A stretch of DNA of 62,196 nt, filler included, from Globobulimina sp. (GCA_003354225.1; 30 parts of 30 records of this genome joined end to end with filler, not necessarily neighbours in it), one strand, 5' to 3'; counted from the whole stretch's first letter, positions 23,789 through 37,091 are shown. The notes: generated by a model from the sequence alone, not told the origin. Translations and numbers: made by a program.

Positions 23789-24440
23789 ATGATGTCAATA
23801 TTTTCAAGCATTCGTAGTCAACATTCAAGATTATTATCACTGTTCGGAACTCGCTACAAATCATATGCATCTGTTAAAGAGTCATTTGCAAACAGTCTCT
23901 CCAAGTTAAATGCAACAGGAAGTTTGGGAAAGTATACTGTTGCTCCGTTGGAGAATTATCACAAAGACGAAGCGGTAGATCTGCTATCACATCAATTTTC
24001 GCAAGAAGGAGAAAACAAAATTGGTGTTGCTTTGGGGATGTCATTTGCAGATAATTACAGAAGGTTCAGCGAAGAATTGGATCATGTCATCAAAACTGGA
24101 GTCGGATGGATGTTATTTGATGAGTATAAAAATGCTGTTTATGTTTCATATGGATGGGATCATTGTAACCCAGTACAGTACAGTAGTACTATGGCTTGGA
24201 GGGGGGGGGGGAGTATGCGATGAAAAATAGCGTAATGTATCAACAATCAATTGGTTCAAATAATATTAAAAATAATGATGCATTTTATTACTAAGGCAGT
24301 AGTAGCTGTTAACCCAAAGATAAAATGTGATCAACCAAAATTTTTCGTCAACAAATGTTGGCATGCAGTAATCACAGATTTAGATTATAAATTCATGTAT
24401 ATTGTTGCTACACATCCATGGGCCATGCATTTTTATTTGA
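23789..24440 (+). CDS. Hypothetical protein (AANAT/GNAT-like?) with mitochondrial-type presequence; frameshifted at a G run
   Basis: Arg/Ser-rich N-terminus; YTVAPL..HKDEAVDLLSHQF; frame break near the G homopolymer at 24201-24211. Confidence 0.4.
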
Positions 24441-24444
24441 GACT

Positions 24445-24660
24445 CAGCCAAAAAGGAATTGTCAATAGCCATTAAGCCTAATCTCATGATGTTTCTTTCA
24501 ACTAAAGAGATGGATGTGATAACCGATCCCGCCCTTGTTGAATATTTATATAATAAAATAAAACAAGAGGGATATGAAAAGGTTACCTTAATTGAATCAC
24601 AAAACGTATACGGTAAATGGCACGAAAACAGGAGTGTTAATGAGGTGGCAAAAGCAGCCG
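24445..24660 (+). CDS. Prokaryotic DUF362-family fragment (chimeric insert)
   Basis: IAIKPNLM...TDPALVEYL...[12 protein letters not shown] matches the DUF362 IKPN/TDP/E(S/A) pattern. Confidence 0.65.
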
Positions 24661-24831
24661 GATATTACTCCGCTGGGACTGTCGAATTCATTGTCGATAA
24701 AGATAACAACTTCTACTTTATTGAGGTGAATGCTCGCATTCAGGTAGAGCATCCGGTGTCAGAAATGGTCACAGGTATTGATCTGCTCAAACAAAAAATT
24801 CTTGTCGCAGAGGGTGAAAAGCCTTAGCTCA
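24645..24831 (+). CDS. Bacterial biotin carboxylase (ATP-grasp) fragment (chimeric insert)
   Basis: [46 protein letters not shown], a canonical biotin carboxylase segment. Confidence 0.9.
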
Positions 24832-24931
24832 NNNNNNNNNNNNNNNNNNNNNNNNNNNNNNNNNNNNNNNNNNNNTTAATTAATTAANNNNNNNNNNNNN
24901 NNNNNNNNNNNNNNNNNNNNNNNNNNNNNNN

Positions 24932-25145
24932 ATAATTATTACAATGGGGATATAGCAAAAATGATAAATAAATTAAGCGGCAAAGAGTTGGAAAGTTACA
25001 TTTTAATGCAAAGAATCTATCCGGCAGAGATTGAAACAATTCAAATTCGACATTTTGAAGCATTTCATGTGAAAGCAATCTCAGAAATGGGTATATATTC
25101 AACGTATTTAAGTGATGGCATTGAGGAGCCGTTAAGGACAAAACA
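24932..25145 (+). CDS. GSS: Eukaryotic glutathione synthetase C-terminal fragment
   Basis: SYILMQRIYP...ISEMGIYS...LRTK resembles YILMxRIxP/VSELGIYG/GxLLRTK. The normal ending is missing. Confidence 0.65.
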
Positions 25146-25198
25146 AGCATTTATGGTATCTATGATTGATAGATTCCGAATGTATTATGGTATATATG

Positions 25199-25281
25199 GG
25201 TGGCGACGGAGTCGCCTCATTGATTAATATTGAATTTATTTAATATGGCATCTTTGGTGGCGACGCAGTCGCCTCATTGAT
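25199..25281. repeat. Degenerate tandem repeat (period 57) with palindromic 26-bp core
   Basis: GGTGGCGACG(G/C)AGTCGCCTCATTGAT at 25199-25224 and 25256-25281, containing a GGCGAC-NNN-GTCGCC hairpin. Confidence 0.75.
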
Positions 25282-25797
25282 AGAATATAATTTATTGTGA
25301 TGAGCTCATTGAGAGCATCTTTTTAAATAAGATTTGGGTCCAAATCCCAATCATCACATTTTTTTTATTTAATAATCTCCCATAATTCAACACATTTTTT
25401 TGTTTAATATATAACTTTCTTTTTGTGTTTTTTTTACCCAGCACGTACAAGATTGTTTTCCGTTTCTATTTTACTGTCACTAGCTCAGTAAACGGGTCAA
25501 AAGGAGTGGAGTAATTCCACTTTTACTGCGTTTTTTTGTTAGTTTCTGTTGTATACGCAATTAAAAACTTGACAGTTAGAAAAAAGTTAGTTTTTTGAGC
25601 TAGTCATCAACAAACAGAATAACGTCGGATTTGACAATTTAATCGACAAAATATCAAAATTAAAATTATTACAAAAAAAAAGTAGAAGAAAAAATAGAGC
25701 CTCAATTAGATAAAAATAATTAGTTTAATAAAAAAATTAAGAATTATAAATAATAGCAAAATAAAACAGAAAAAAGAACTATAAATAAAAAAAAACA

Positions 25798-26455
25798 TCA
25801 TACAATATTATTAAATGCGGCTGGCGGTGCTTTATATTGATAAATACATAAAAAAGTAAAAAAACACACAAACAAAAACAATACAAATATAACTACTAAA
25901 TTGAAAAACGTTTTTGGCGACACAGAAATCACAAAATTTACATTCTGTCCATTTACATTCTGTTCATGTTCATCAACGCCATTCATTGAAGATAAGGCGC
26001 TGTAAATTGACTCACTTGACTCTGAACTGGTAAATCTGGATTTTTTTTTTCGTTTTAACTTTAACTTTCTCTTTGAAGCACTGTCTGAGGAATCGCCAGA
26101 ACCCGAACCCGAATCATCAGAAACCGAATCACTGTGATACGTCGTTGGTGTGGCAGTCGTTGATGTTGTAATGGCTGTGCCACATAATCTAATTTCATCG
26201 ATAAAACACAAATGTGCGTTCGCCATGACAAAAAGGGTGGAATTAATTGGCCACAATGATGTCGCTTCCCATCGAATTTGAAGGGCTGCAGTATTACTTG
26301 CATCCGCACCGAGTGATTCTGTGATTATTAGCATTGATGAATTGGCCCATTCGTCTATTTCGATACCAGCGACAGAAACGTGTGAATCAAGGGTTGAAAA
26401 TGTTTCTCCATCGACGGTATAACTACTCCCACACTCTCCATTTGCAGTGGCTACG
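25798..26455 (-). CDS. C-terminal part of a single-pass surface protein with Ser/Thr-rich stalk
   Basis: Globular segment ending CFIDEIRLCG, then a Thr/Ser-rich stalk and a C-terminal TM helix. The 5' side joins GC-richer, unrelated DNA. Confidence 0.55.
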
Positions 26456-27008
26456 CCGCCGAAGTCACCCGTAGTCGACTCAGGTTGCAATCGGAAAGCC
26501 TGCAACGACTGAACGATATCCAGCGCAACGATTCCGAACTCGAATGGTACCGGGAACAGGAACTGGCTTTGTTACAATCCCGGAATTTGCTGGAGCAGCA
26601 ATTTACTCGACTGGTCAAGATTCCCAAGGCCAACATCTGTGAGGAATTGATGGAAGTGCTGAGGCGCCAAGGCCGTTGGGACCCTGAGTCCAGTTATGTG
26701 CGCGTAACTGGTGCCTTGCATGGCTGTGGAATCTTTTTTTTAAAGGCCCAGGGCTCTGTAATGCTATGTAATATTATGTAAGCATGTAATCATTATTCTG
26801 CAACTGCCCTAAGCAAAGCCAAGGTGGAAATCAGTTGGCAGAAAGTGCATGGGGCACTGGCAAGATGAATATGAAGGGCCGTTACGTTCACCGAGGAGGG
26901 GCCACACTNNNNNNNNNNNNNNNNNNNNNNNNNNNNNNNNNNNNNNNNNNNNTTAATTAATTAANNNNNNNNNNNNNNNNNNNNNNNNNNNNNNNNNNNN
27001 NNNNNNNN

Positions 27009-28985
27009 TTATGCCATATTGATAATGAAATGTGCATTACCCCATCATTTGTGGAGAGATATGGTAAACAAAAGAGATCATTTATAAAGACATTGAATAA
27101 AATGAAACGAGATATTACCAAGCGATCAGACGAGTTATTGGCTGATAAAAGCATCGAATTACAAGCCATCCAATTTCAAATGAATAAGGGTAGGGAGGAA
27201 ATCATCGAATTGAATCAGAGCAATTTGCAGAAACAGAACAAGGAAAATATGTTAAATGAAAACATATTGCAGAAAGAAAATGAGATTGTAAACAAAAAAA
27301 ATAATCTACAAAGCATCGAGCAAGAAATCGAGAAAAATAGCAGTGAATTGGGCGAAATCGATGCAAAGATTCAGTTGAAAAACAAACAATTGTCGCAGCT
27401 TAAAAATATGATTGCAGATTTTAGCAAGGAACGTGAGAATTTATTGCGTGAAAACGAGGCGAATATACAGTTTAATCTCGCCGATATTGAGCAGGAATTG
27501 AAGACCAAAGATAAATTGTTGTCGGATACCAATGTGAAACATAATAAGTTACTGTCAGACATTCGCGAACAAGAAAATAAGTTATTAATTCTGACGCAAA
27601 CGATTAAAAAACGCAGCGACGATCATGCCAAATTGGAGAATGAAATTCGAGAATGTTCGTTTGAATCATTGCAGGTCAAAACTGATAAAGAAAATGGTTT
27701 GAAAGAGTACCAATCTTTGACTAAAAACTTACAGCATACACAGTTAGAATATGACGAATTGAGCTTGACATTGCACGAAATTAAGACGGATTTATCCAGC
27801 AAAAAGCGGGAGTTATCCAATGTTTCTTTATTAACAAAGAAGGAAAAATCGTCATTGACGCAGATACAAAATGATTTAACGCAATTAAATGATAAAAAAG
27901 AGTCATTGGTGGAGCTGAATAGTGAAATCAACAAAAAAACGGAAGTGTTGAATGATATTAATAACCAGACTGAGAATGGAGAGAATGAGTTGGAGCGGGT
28001 ACGAAATAATATTAATACTTATAAACAGCAGTACGATACCATTACGAAAGAGATTACAAACTTGAATAACATCAAAGAGGGCAGTTCCAACGACATAAAA
28101 GCAAAAAATAAACAGTTACAAAAGATTTGCAGTGAGCTAGAACGCGTGAAATTGGATTTGGAGCTGGAAAGCGACGAACTATATACCTCGAAATCGGAGA
28201 GGTTGAAGGTGATAATGACTGAATTGAGCAAGAAATCGAAGGAATTGAATGATAATAAAAAAAAGCAACGCAGTGTGAAAGATCTGTTGTTGTTAAAACA
28301 GAAGGAACTGAGTGAGAAACAAACGAATATTCAGTTGAAAAATAAAGAGTTGACTGAGATTAAGACGAATTATAACGACATTCAACGCAAATTGAAAAAC
28401 AAACGTAATGAGTTGCGAGTCATTACGATGGAGATACAGCGGCATAAATTGCATGATAACTATGGTACGAACGTGGATGAGGATGAATTGTCTTCGACGG
28501 TACAGAGCAATAAGGCGAAATTAGCACAATTAGAGCAGGCTATATTGGAAAAGAAGAAAGAGTTTGAAAATATTAAATTGAATATGGATCAGTACAGCAA
28601 TGATTTGGAGACATTGAAGGACGAAAATAATTATTATAACGAAGAAAAGATCAACAAAATGGAGGAAATTAACGATTTAACATTGTTGATTAATAATAAA
28701 AAACAAGAATTGGATGCGGCAAAGTTAGAAATTGAATTGAAATCGCAACAAATTGATAACGATATCAGTCAAAAAATGCAGGACATCATTGGTAAAATCG
28801 AAGGGAAAACCAATGAATTGAACACAATCAACACCGAATACAATGAGAAGTTGAATAAAATCAATAATATTAATAACGAGTTAAACAACAAACGGATGAA
28901 ACTATTGTCGTTGGAAAAGGAAATCAAATCCAAACAAGAGATCAAAATGAATGAAAATAACAAATTATTGGTGATTAAAAATGAA
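27009..28985 (+). CDS. Long coiled-coil protein, partial
   Basis: The whole contig is open in one frame, with heptad-like K/E/N/L composition. Confidence 0.8.
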
Positions 28986-29306
28986 NNNNNNNNNNNNNNN
29001 NNNNNNNNNNNNNNNNNNNNNNNNNNNNNTTAATTAATTAANNNNNNNNNNNNNNNNNNNNNNNNNNNNNNNNNNNNNNNNNNNNAAAGTGTAATATTAT
29101 TATATGCATTAATGTATTTTTTATACCATAGGTTTTGAGAAACTGAAACCAAAGACAATGTTATAGAGTTTAAAAAATGAAGGAGTTATTGATTGCTATA
29201 TTTGGCTCATTGACAGATTATCACACATGTAAGATTTATACAAGGTGTACCTATATATGTACCTCCGACACAATTCGATTAAACAAGGATTACACGCAAC
29301 TATGGT

Positions 29307-29500
29307 ACTGAATACTAATCTGCGCGACATTGTTGGAAAAACGCTAATTTTGGTACAGTACGCCTTCAGTCTGATTATGTTGCACTTTATAGGCATTTAG
29401 ACAAAGGCTCTGAAAAGCCCACGATAATACTGTCTGTGACTTACTGTACTGTACCAGAATTAGCGTTTTTCCAACAATGTCGCGCAGGTTAGTATTCAGT
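29307..29500. repeat. 55-bp inverted repeat with 84-bp loop (MITE-like); degenerate third arm near 29755-29795
   Basis: Arms 29307-29361 and 29446-29500 differ at 2 positions. Confidence 0.85.
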
Positions 29501-29520
29501 TACAATTTAGCAGAAAGAAC

Positions 29521-29621
29521 GATTTTGGTGCACAGATTTGTGTATCCATGGAGCAAGGTTGCGTAGATTAGTGTACGCAGAAAGCAAGGTTGACCTGATT
29601 AGTGTATACAGAAAGCAAGGT
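29521..29621. repeat. 31-bp tandem repeat, about 3 copies
   Basis: AGCAAGGT at 29552, 29583 and 29614, with a GATTAGTGTA..CAGAA core. Confidence 0.7.
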
Positions 29622-30851
29622 AATGCCATAGTGACATTGTTGACAAATCTACATCGATGGTGAACATTATACGATATAATTTTTATATTCAAAGGTATTA
29701 GACGTAAGTTATACTGTACATCAGTAAGCAGATGAAAGCTCTGAAATTGTAACAAAACTAGCGTTTTTCCAACAAAGTAGCACACATTAGTATATTTTTA
29801 TTAAAAGATTTGTTGTACGAGTAATATTGTCGTTTTTGTCCTTAGATTACAGCATATTATTTATATATATGATTTTGAACTTAAGATCTACTATTTAAGA
29901 TTATTTACATGTGGGAGTGTGAGCTTAAACCTGAAACTGATAACTTCAAGGTATTATTTGACGCATAAAACGACATGGATTGGACGACGTAATATCGCGA
30001 AAATAAAAAAACTAAAATGTCAAAAATAAAAATTCAGTTTTTGATTTATTTTGGAATTTTTTTTGTCTAATTCGGTACTGATTTCTATTAAATTATAGTG
30101 CGTTAGAAAGTCCGTAAAATTCTCTATCTGTTGATATAAGCTTCGTCTCACAAAATCTATAACCGTGCAAATGGCACGCATTCAAAATGGCAGTGACCAA
30201 AATTAGGTCCGTCGGACGACGAAAAATTGATAATCTTTGGAATAAAAATGGTCGTAGCGCAAAATCAAAGTAACTTCCAGTAAAGTGATATATGCCATTA
30301 GAAAACCTTTAATTTAGACACAATTTAGACATATAATTAATTTGATTTGGTTTAAAAATATAGGAGTTGAAAACTAAAAACTAAAAAAGTGACTCATTCC
30401 ATCCACTTTTGATTTAAATAAATACATATATTACACAATATGTCATACTTTTTTATTATTTAAGGCTCATCATCATGAATTCACTCGCTCTTTTTATGGG
30501 TAGGTAGGTTTCAGCACTAACGTTACCTTTGAATAGCCTTATGTACACATCCACCTGAACACATAAAGGCAAGTTGCCCTTGGGCCCTTAAAGCCCCTTA
30601 TTAGGACAATAGAGATCCGCATCCCTCGTATAGGACTGTGACCTATCGCATCACTTTAATTAAACTTGTCCCCATCCTCCGTTTTTATGTGCGTGAAGAT
30701 GAGTCAATGGTCAACGGTGAATATGAGAAGGTGTTGGATGAAAAAGAAAAATTAGAAAGAGAACAAAATGAAACTCAAAAATCACACAAAGAGTTGTTGA
30801 CCCGATATAATGCAGCAGTAAGTGATATTATTGATAACTCTGCATAGACAT

Positions 30852-31010
30852 ACTATACAGTACAATAATATACTGTAGTATATGATATATACTGTATGTA
30901 CTGTACAGTACACAGCACTACAATACAATACTAGACTATACAGTACAATAATATACTGTAATATATGATATATACTGTATGTACTGTACAGTACACAGCA
31001 CTACAATACA
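30852..31010. repeat. Tandem duplication, period 83, TACAG/CTGTA-rich
   Basis: 76-bp unit at 30852 and 30935 with one mismatch. Confidence 0.85.
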
Positions 31011-31162
31011 GTATGTCACAGTAAAATATTGTACAGTCAGTCCATTGGAAGTTATACCAAATNNNNNNNNNNNNNNNNNNNNNNNNNNNNNNNNNNNNNN
31101 NNNNNNTTAATTAATTAANNNNNNNNNNNNNNNNNNNNNNNNNNNNNNNNNNNNNNNNNNNN

Positions 31163-31986
31163 ACCATTATATTTGACACCATTGGCGCAGACCACATCGT
31201 ACCCCAAACTCCACGCTGTGTGGAACTCTCTTCCTATCGATTCAATATCAAAATGTGTTGCTTTTCCAACAAACATCAAATACCAATTCTCAGTCTCGTC
31301 AGTATGCGCATATATTTGCAATGCTTTTTTTAGTAAAAGATTGCGATAAAATATGCCTCGCTGCTCACCAATATTTATATTTAATGATGGCTCCGCTCGT
31401 TCTGTTTCAATGAGTCTTTGCACTCCTTCTATCTCCTTCGGCGGCGTCATTGCAAATACTTTGACATTGCCGCCATTCCAAAATGCATCCTCCATTTGCT
31501 ACAATTTGCGGGATTCTTCTCCCATTCTTTTATTATATCGCGTGTATGGTCGCGACTGTGCGGTGAGACAAATATGATGAAATGCGCTGTTTTGAATGAA
31601 CAAGCCATGATTTGCATTGATGCAATGATTTCATGCATTGTTTGTTCCGAATTCACCAAATCCAATGCAAATATTACATTATCATTTGACAGGTAATTTA
31701 AATTTGTGATTTTTGTTTTGAAAATGCCCGTATTTAATAACATAAATGCTAATTGTTGTGCATATGGAATATCTAAATATAATATATCATGAATGCGAGG
31801 AGTAACATATTCCAGTCCAATATATATAAAATATAGGAATATAATCTTCAAACATAATAGCTCGCGATTAATTTTCCATTGTGATGATAGTACATCTTTC
31901 AGTTTGTAACAACTCAGATAGATAAACACCAAAATAAAACGCATTGGTTTACAGAACTTCTTCACGCGACGAGCTGAAAGCATCAT
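31163..31986 (-). CDS. Glycosyltransferase (CAP59/GT-A-like), type II membrane, frameshifted, 3'-partial
   Basis: IFVSPHSRDHTRDIIKEW...YRNLLLKKAL...YDVVCANG. The two ORFs join if one A is added in the short A run near 31496. Confidence 0.55.
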
Positions 31987-32267
31987 TTCTTAATAGTTTT
32001 CAGTCAGAAAAACAAAAAAAATAAGCAAACCAATGTCATTAAGAACCAGTATAAACAAACTCATGTACACGCTCTATCTATCTGTGTAATATATTTATAT
32101 ATATAGCATGCAAAACAACTAACATTTTCAGACTAATATGCAACCGCAATACACACCACACAATAAACCTAACTCACACAAAACTAATATCACGCAATAA
32201 ATACTATTTCTCCACACAACAAAACGATGACAATAATACCTCTCAATCATCCGCATTATCTGATAAT

Positions 32268-33139
32268 ATGCCATCTGGATATATCAATCCTGAACGTATA
32301 TCATCGGAAAACCAAACAGAAACAGAAACAGAAGAAACGAAAACAGCAACAGAAACGGGAAGGAAATATGAATACAAATCCAAATCTAAATTAACACAAA
32401 ATGAAAGATACGCGTTGAAGATTTTAAATGAGGACATTTTAGAACATCCGAAGCCAGATACGAAAGCACTCTCTGATGAGGAACAAAGATTATACAAAGT
32501 TGTACAGCATGTAATTAATGAAGGATTTATTGACGAATTCGAACTGCTAAAATTAGTTAAGAAATTTCTAAATATTTCTCACCAAACTATAGCTTTATGC
32601 ATTAGGCTGAAAAACGCAAACAAATAAAAGCCGAAACAAGTGAGAAGTTCAACAAATTTGAGCTAGAAAATAGTAAAAAATCAACAAGTTTTGATTTGGA
32701 TGAAAAGGAATTGAATAAATGGCGAGATTCAGTTATTTCTGAGATGGATGAAAATGTTGTAAATTATAAAAATATGACAAGCAATCCATTGCTGATAAAT
32801 ATGAAACAATTTATGTTTAAATATAATGAAAAATATCAAAGTGACAAAAATGACATATTTTATGAATTGCAGCTCGATGATCGAGATTTAAAACATATAT
32901 TATTGTATTTAATATATAATCATTTAAATACAAAGCGATTCCACGAATTGAATCCATCCATAAAAGAATTGGCAAACTTATTATATGGCATCAAAACACA
33001 GACAGATTTTAACCGTTTATTAAATATAATGTCCCGGACAAGGAAGCAGATTATAAACATCATACAAAGTTATCCGCGACAGTCACCTCCAAATATATTA
33101 ATAAATTACGACAAAACAAACGATTTAGAACACGATGAC
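32268..33139 (+). CDS. Hypothetical protein split by a homopolymer frameshift
   Basis: Adding one A in the run near 32610-32614 gives RLKKRKQIKAETSEKF... running into the 32696 ORF. Confidence 0.5.
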
Positions 33140-34091
33140 NNNNNNNNNNNNNNNNNNNNNNNNNNNNNNNNNNNNNNNNNNNNTTAATTAATTAANNNNN
33201 NNNNNNNNNNNNNNNNNNNNNNNNNNNNNNNNNNNNNNNCTGAAAATAAACTTAATTTTTTTGAAGACTTTACTTTTGAATGTAATGAACTATTAAAGAC
33301 TTTAAAAGCTCTAGAATTAAAGAATTCTCACACTAGTGTAGCAGATGGTATTTATGTAGCAAATCAGAAATCAGTTCCAAATTTATTCAATCCAAAATTG
33401 AGGCCTGTTGCAACAAATATGCATCCGGCATCTGGCTGCAATCAGATTCAATTATCAGCTCCAGATATAATGTATTCCAGTCCGCTGGCATTATCTTCGA
33501 GCCGTTATGTACTTTTATCCACTAAATATTGTTGCATATTACATAAATTAATAAATAATACATTGTTGCATATTACATAGATGTGATAAACAAATTTTGT
33601 TCGCCGTCATTTAGGCACTCAAATCCAGTGAGTAATCGAAAAGATTCTGAAAATGGTTCAGAATATGTCGCTGGAGATTACAGCGGTTATGGTGGACGTT
33701 GATTATATTTTCTTTTTTATTATTTTAAATAATAAGCAACTTTTTTTGTGCGTGTTTCTCAGATTAGTGCTGCATTCTGAACTGGCTTATAGTCATCGAT
33801 TCTGATGCATCTACAACCTCATTTCGGAGGTTGTGTCTACGTGTCGTCACTGTCGTGCTTCATCTAATATGCATGTTACGCAGTAAAAGATAATGTTTCT
33901 AAAAATTCATGTTTATTACTTGTGAAAATACCAACAAGAAATCATCACTGTGCTTTTGATTGCTGTTATGTGGTATACGTACAGTGGTTGATTCGCCAAT
34001 TTATGAAGGTTTCGAAAATTGAAATTTGAAATAAATCAAAGCGCAGTAAAAAAGTTCATTTTTGTTGCGTACAGCAGTCAATGTTAATGTT

Positions 34092-35215
34092 TTACGCTCT
34101 TGCAGTGTCATAAGAAGTGTCATAAACAGTGTCAATATCGTCAAATCTGTGTAAGTGCCGTCTCCATTCGCGGATCATTTTATCCCACGGTTTCTTGGTT
34201 AAATAAGAAGGAAAGGGGTCCGGAGTTTCTGGATATTCTTCGCTAGTACCTTTCAATTCATCCGGTACCATATCATCATAATTCCTGAAACCTTCAGTCT
34301 CAAATCCAATATATATTTGTTTTACTCTCTGCACAATTCTATAAACATTGGCATGTGCACCATTTGGTTGCTTGATATCTCTCAAAAGGTTTTTGATTTC
34401 AGGATCACTCCCAGAGAAGTTCTTTAATATTGCATATGTCTCAAAATTAAAATACACGTATTTCGATACAATTTCATTCATAAAAAAAACTAAATTTTGG
34501 CCAAATTGATCAGAATAATTCGGTAAATTTATCAGAATTTTATTAAATAAATTAATATCAACGTCATCAAAAATAATGTCCGAGTGATCCATCAATAAAC
34601 TGGTCATTTTTGCGAGATTTTCTGTTTTTTTATACACCTTAAATTGTAATTGATAGGTCGCATTGTTCGGAGTTATTTTATTTTGTTTGAGTATTTTATT
34701 CACAATAATGTCAACCAATCGTTCTTGATCTTGAAAAATCGCATTATCGGCAATTCCCGAAAGTATAATATTATATGTGTCTAAAGTGGCTGTTGCATTA
34801 CTTCCTGGATAGCTCATCCAACCAATCAATGCATAAATATGATGCCCATCATATGCATCATGATCGTTATTAATTAGTTTATAATAAAGTGTAAAGAATT
34901 GATTCCATACAGGAATATCTAACTCAATTTTGAGTTTCACGTTTGCGTTCATCATTGACTGTACTAATTCAACCAAATTTCGCTGAGTTATGGGATAATG
35001 AGAAATTTTGTTGATGGTGGCTATGTAAAACGGAGCAATTGTGTTCTGATTATGTACATTTAACTGAAATGGATATGCCTTCTGTATAATGTCCGATAAA
35101 TGTGCAGTTAGATGATATATTTCAACTGCTGTTTGGGTTCTTGCTAAGAGTTGATTGAGATGCGTTGTTACACCATTCCATAGATAATATTGTGTTATTT
35201 CTTCAGCTGTTAATG
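34092..35215 (-). CDS. PPR-like helical repeat protein, 5'-partial
   Basis: Repeats DIPVWNQFF, TLDTYNIILSG, PNNATYQLQF, DINLFNKIL; frame open to the contig edge. Confidence 0.6.
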
Positions 35216-35315
35216 NNNNNNNNNNNNNNNNNNNNNNNNNNNNNNNNNNNNNNNNNNNNTTAATTAATTAANNNNNNNNNNNNNNNNNNNNNNNNNNNNN
35301 NNNNNNNNNNNNNNN

Positions 35316-37091
35316 TATTTAACACATTTAAAACTTTATCATTCTCATCATCAGTATCATTAAAACAAGCATCAACCTCCAGAACAGTAATAACATTCGC
35401 CTCATTATAAAACATTTCCCGTTCCTTTTTTGATTTTTTGCCTCTTTTCGGCGGTGCAGGTGCCATACGTTTCGGTTTAACAATAAAATGTTCATTATTA
35501 TTATTTACAATTAATCTCTGTGCATTCCATAATTCAGAATTTGTTATCGATGGTTTTCTTAACCTCCAACAACTCACAACAACACAAACCAATATACCAA
35601 TTCCACCAATAACCATAGCAATAATCTCAATATATGTCCATACATCGCTGACAGGCGGCCTTTCAATGCCAACCATCAAATCACTCATCGACGCAATACC
35701 GATCCTATAATTTGATTCATCAAATATTATATAATATTGCCTTAAAAAAATATCACCCAAAATATAGGTATCAGCCCCCATTGAATCCAACGCAGATATT
35801 CCTAAACAATCATATCCCGCGCCATTACTATCAGCATCACCAAAACAGGAATTACTGCCTGATAACATATATTGCGATGGTGACACAGCAAACGCATATC
35901 CAGCAATTTGAAACCATAAATATGGCAAATCAACATCTGGAGAATATGAGTTTGCATCGCATATAAAACTATTCTCGTTTCCATAACTATTAATAAAGCA
36001 ATTTGCGCCATTTTTATCCGTATACTCCTGCAAATATCGCAGCAATATATCATATTTTGCTGATGGCATAGTTATGTATGAAGTGCCCGTATCAATTAAC
36101 GCCAAACACGGAGCTGTATCAATGCACGTATCCAACCATACATATCCTGTGTTGCTCAAATTGTTATTTTGTGTATGCAATATTCCCGTTAACTGAGTGA
36201 ACCACATTCCAGTCTGTGTAGCTTGAATAATATCTCCCCATACAATGTGATTACGGTACTTATTTGGATCCGGATCGCCTATTATTAGCTCACTTACTTG
36301 CTTGTTATCTATTTATTGTATATATATACAACAGCAAAAAAAGAGGAAAATAAAAATGACGAAATACCTTTCAATGATACACTGAATAATTTGGATTCAA
36401 TATGATTTTGATTATATAAGGATTCAATTAATGTATTTGTATTATCCTCAGAGGCGGCCTTCATCGCAAAGCCTAAAATGCCACTCATTGGTTCTTGACA
36501 GGATATCAATAAATCGCTCCAATCTGTTGCTTCTGCAAATATTTGGTTTGATGCAGTTAAGCCTCCGATATTTACATCATCTTTTGATAAATGCCCAGAT
36601 GCGCTGCCTTTGCCATAGGTAATGGACCATGGCGCTGCTTTGCCATTATTACCATTGCATTGTGTGTATGTTGTTGATGTGTTATGGTTATATGCATTCA
36701 TAATATCTGTAAAAAAACAACAAACTGTATCTGCAGAACAGTCATGATATCTCCAGGTTGTATCAGAGCATATTGTAGAAATTGTGCATGAATGCTGAGC
36801 AGAAAATATCCATAAGTCTGCAGATCCGGTGTCAAATACGACATTAAATAGTTGCGTTGCTGGAGTACCAATAGATATTTGCCCGGTGTATATACGATCC
36901 AATGAGTTGGTTAAATTGATAGAGAGTGATGATTGCGTTGCAGATGATTTTGCTAAAATAAATGTATTCGTTATTTGGTATTGAATGGGTGATGTTAATT
37001 CATGCGATGTTAACTCAATGTGTATGCGTCCAGATACGATTGCAAGTATAGTTGAAATTAATTGCATCCATAACAAGTTGCAAGTGGACAT
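35316..37091 (-). CDS. Membrane-anchored pepsin-family (A1) aspartic protease, 2 exons
   Basis: Signal peptide; VVFDTGSADLW and ALIDTGTS catalytic motifs; flap ITYGKG; ILGDIFLRQYYIIFD; C-terminal TM. In-frame intron 36309-36367. Confidence 0.92.

Noticed and set aside
24459..24827. Novel DUF362-biotin carboxylase fusion protein or HGT
   Set aside because: Both parts are internal fragments joined at a microhomology; an amplification chimera is the simplest explanation.
25199..25281. CRISPR-like pair: 26-bp palindromic repeats separated by 31 bp
   Set aside because: Only two copies. The flanking and spacer segments resemble each other (TATGGYATMTWTG), so this is a degenerate tandem repeat. 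No cas genes, and the context is eukaryotic.
26485..26781. 98-aa GC-richer ORF as a host gene
   Set aside because: Bounded by apparent composition switches near 26455 and 26700. Probably a chimeric foreign fragment, and I cannot assign a family.
29980..30420. DNA-transposon internal motifs (GCGTTAGAAAG / CCATTAGAAAA)
   Set aside because: Reminiscent of non-autonomous elements, but no TIR pair, TSD or transposase could be delimited.
31447..32700. Programmed frameshifting or alternative genetic code
   Set aside because: The breaks near 31496 and 32612 fall in A runs and are fixed by adding one base. Other genes use TAA, TAG and TGA as normal stops.
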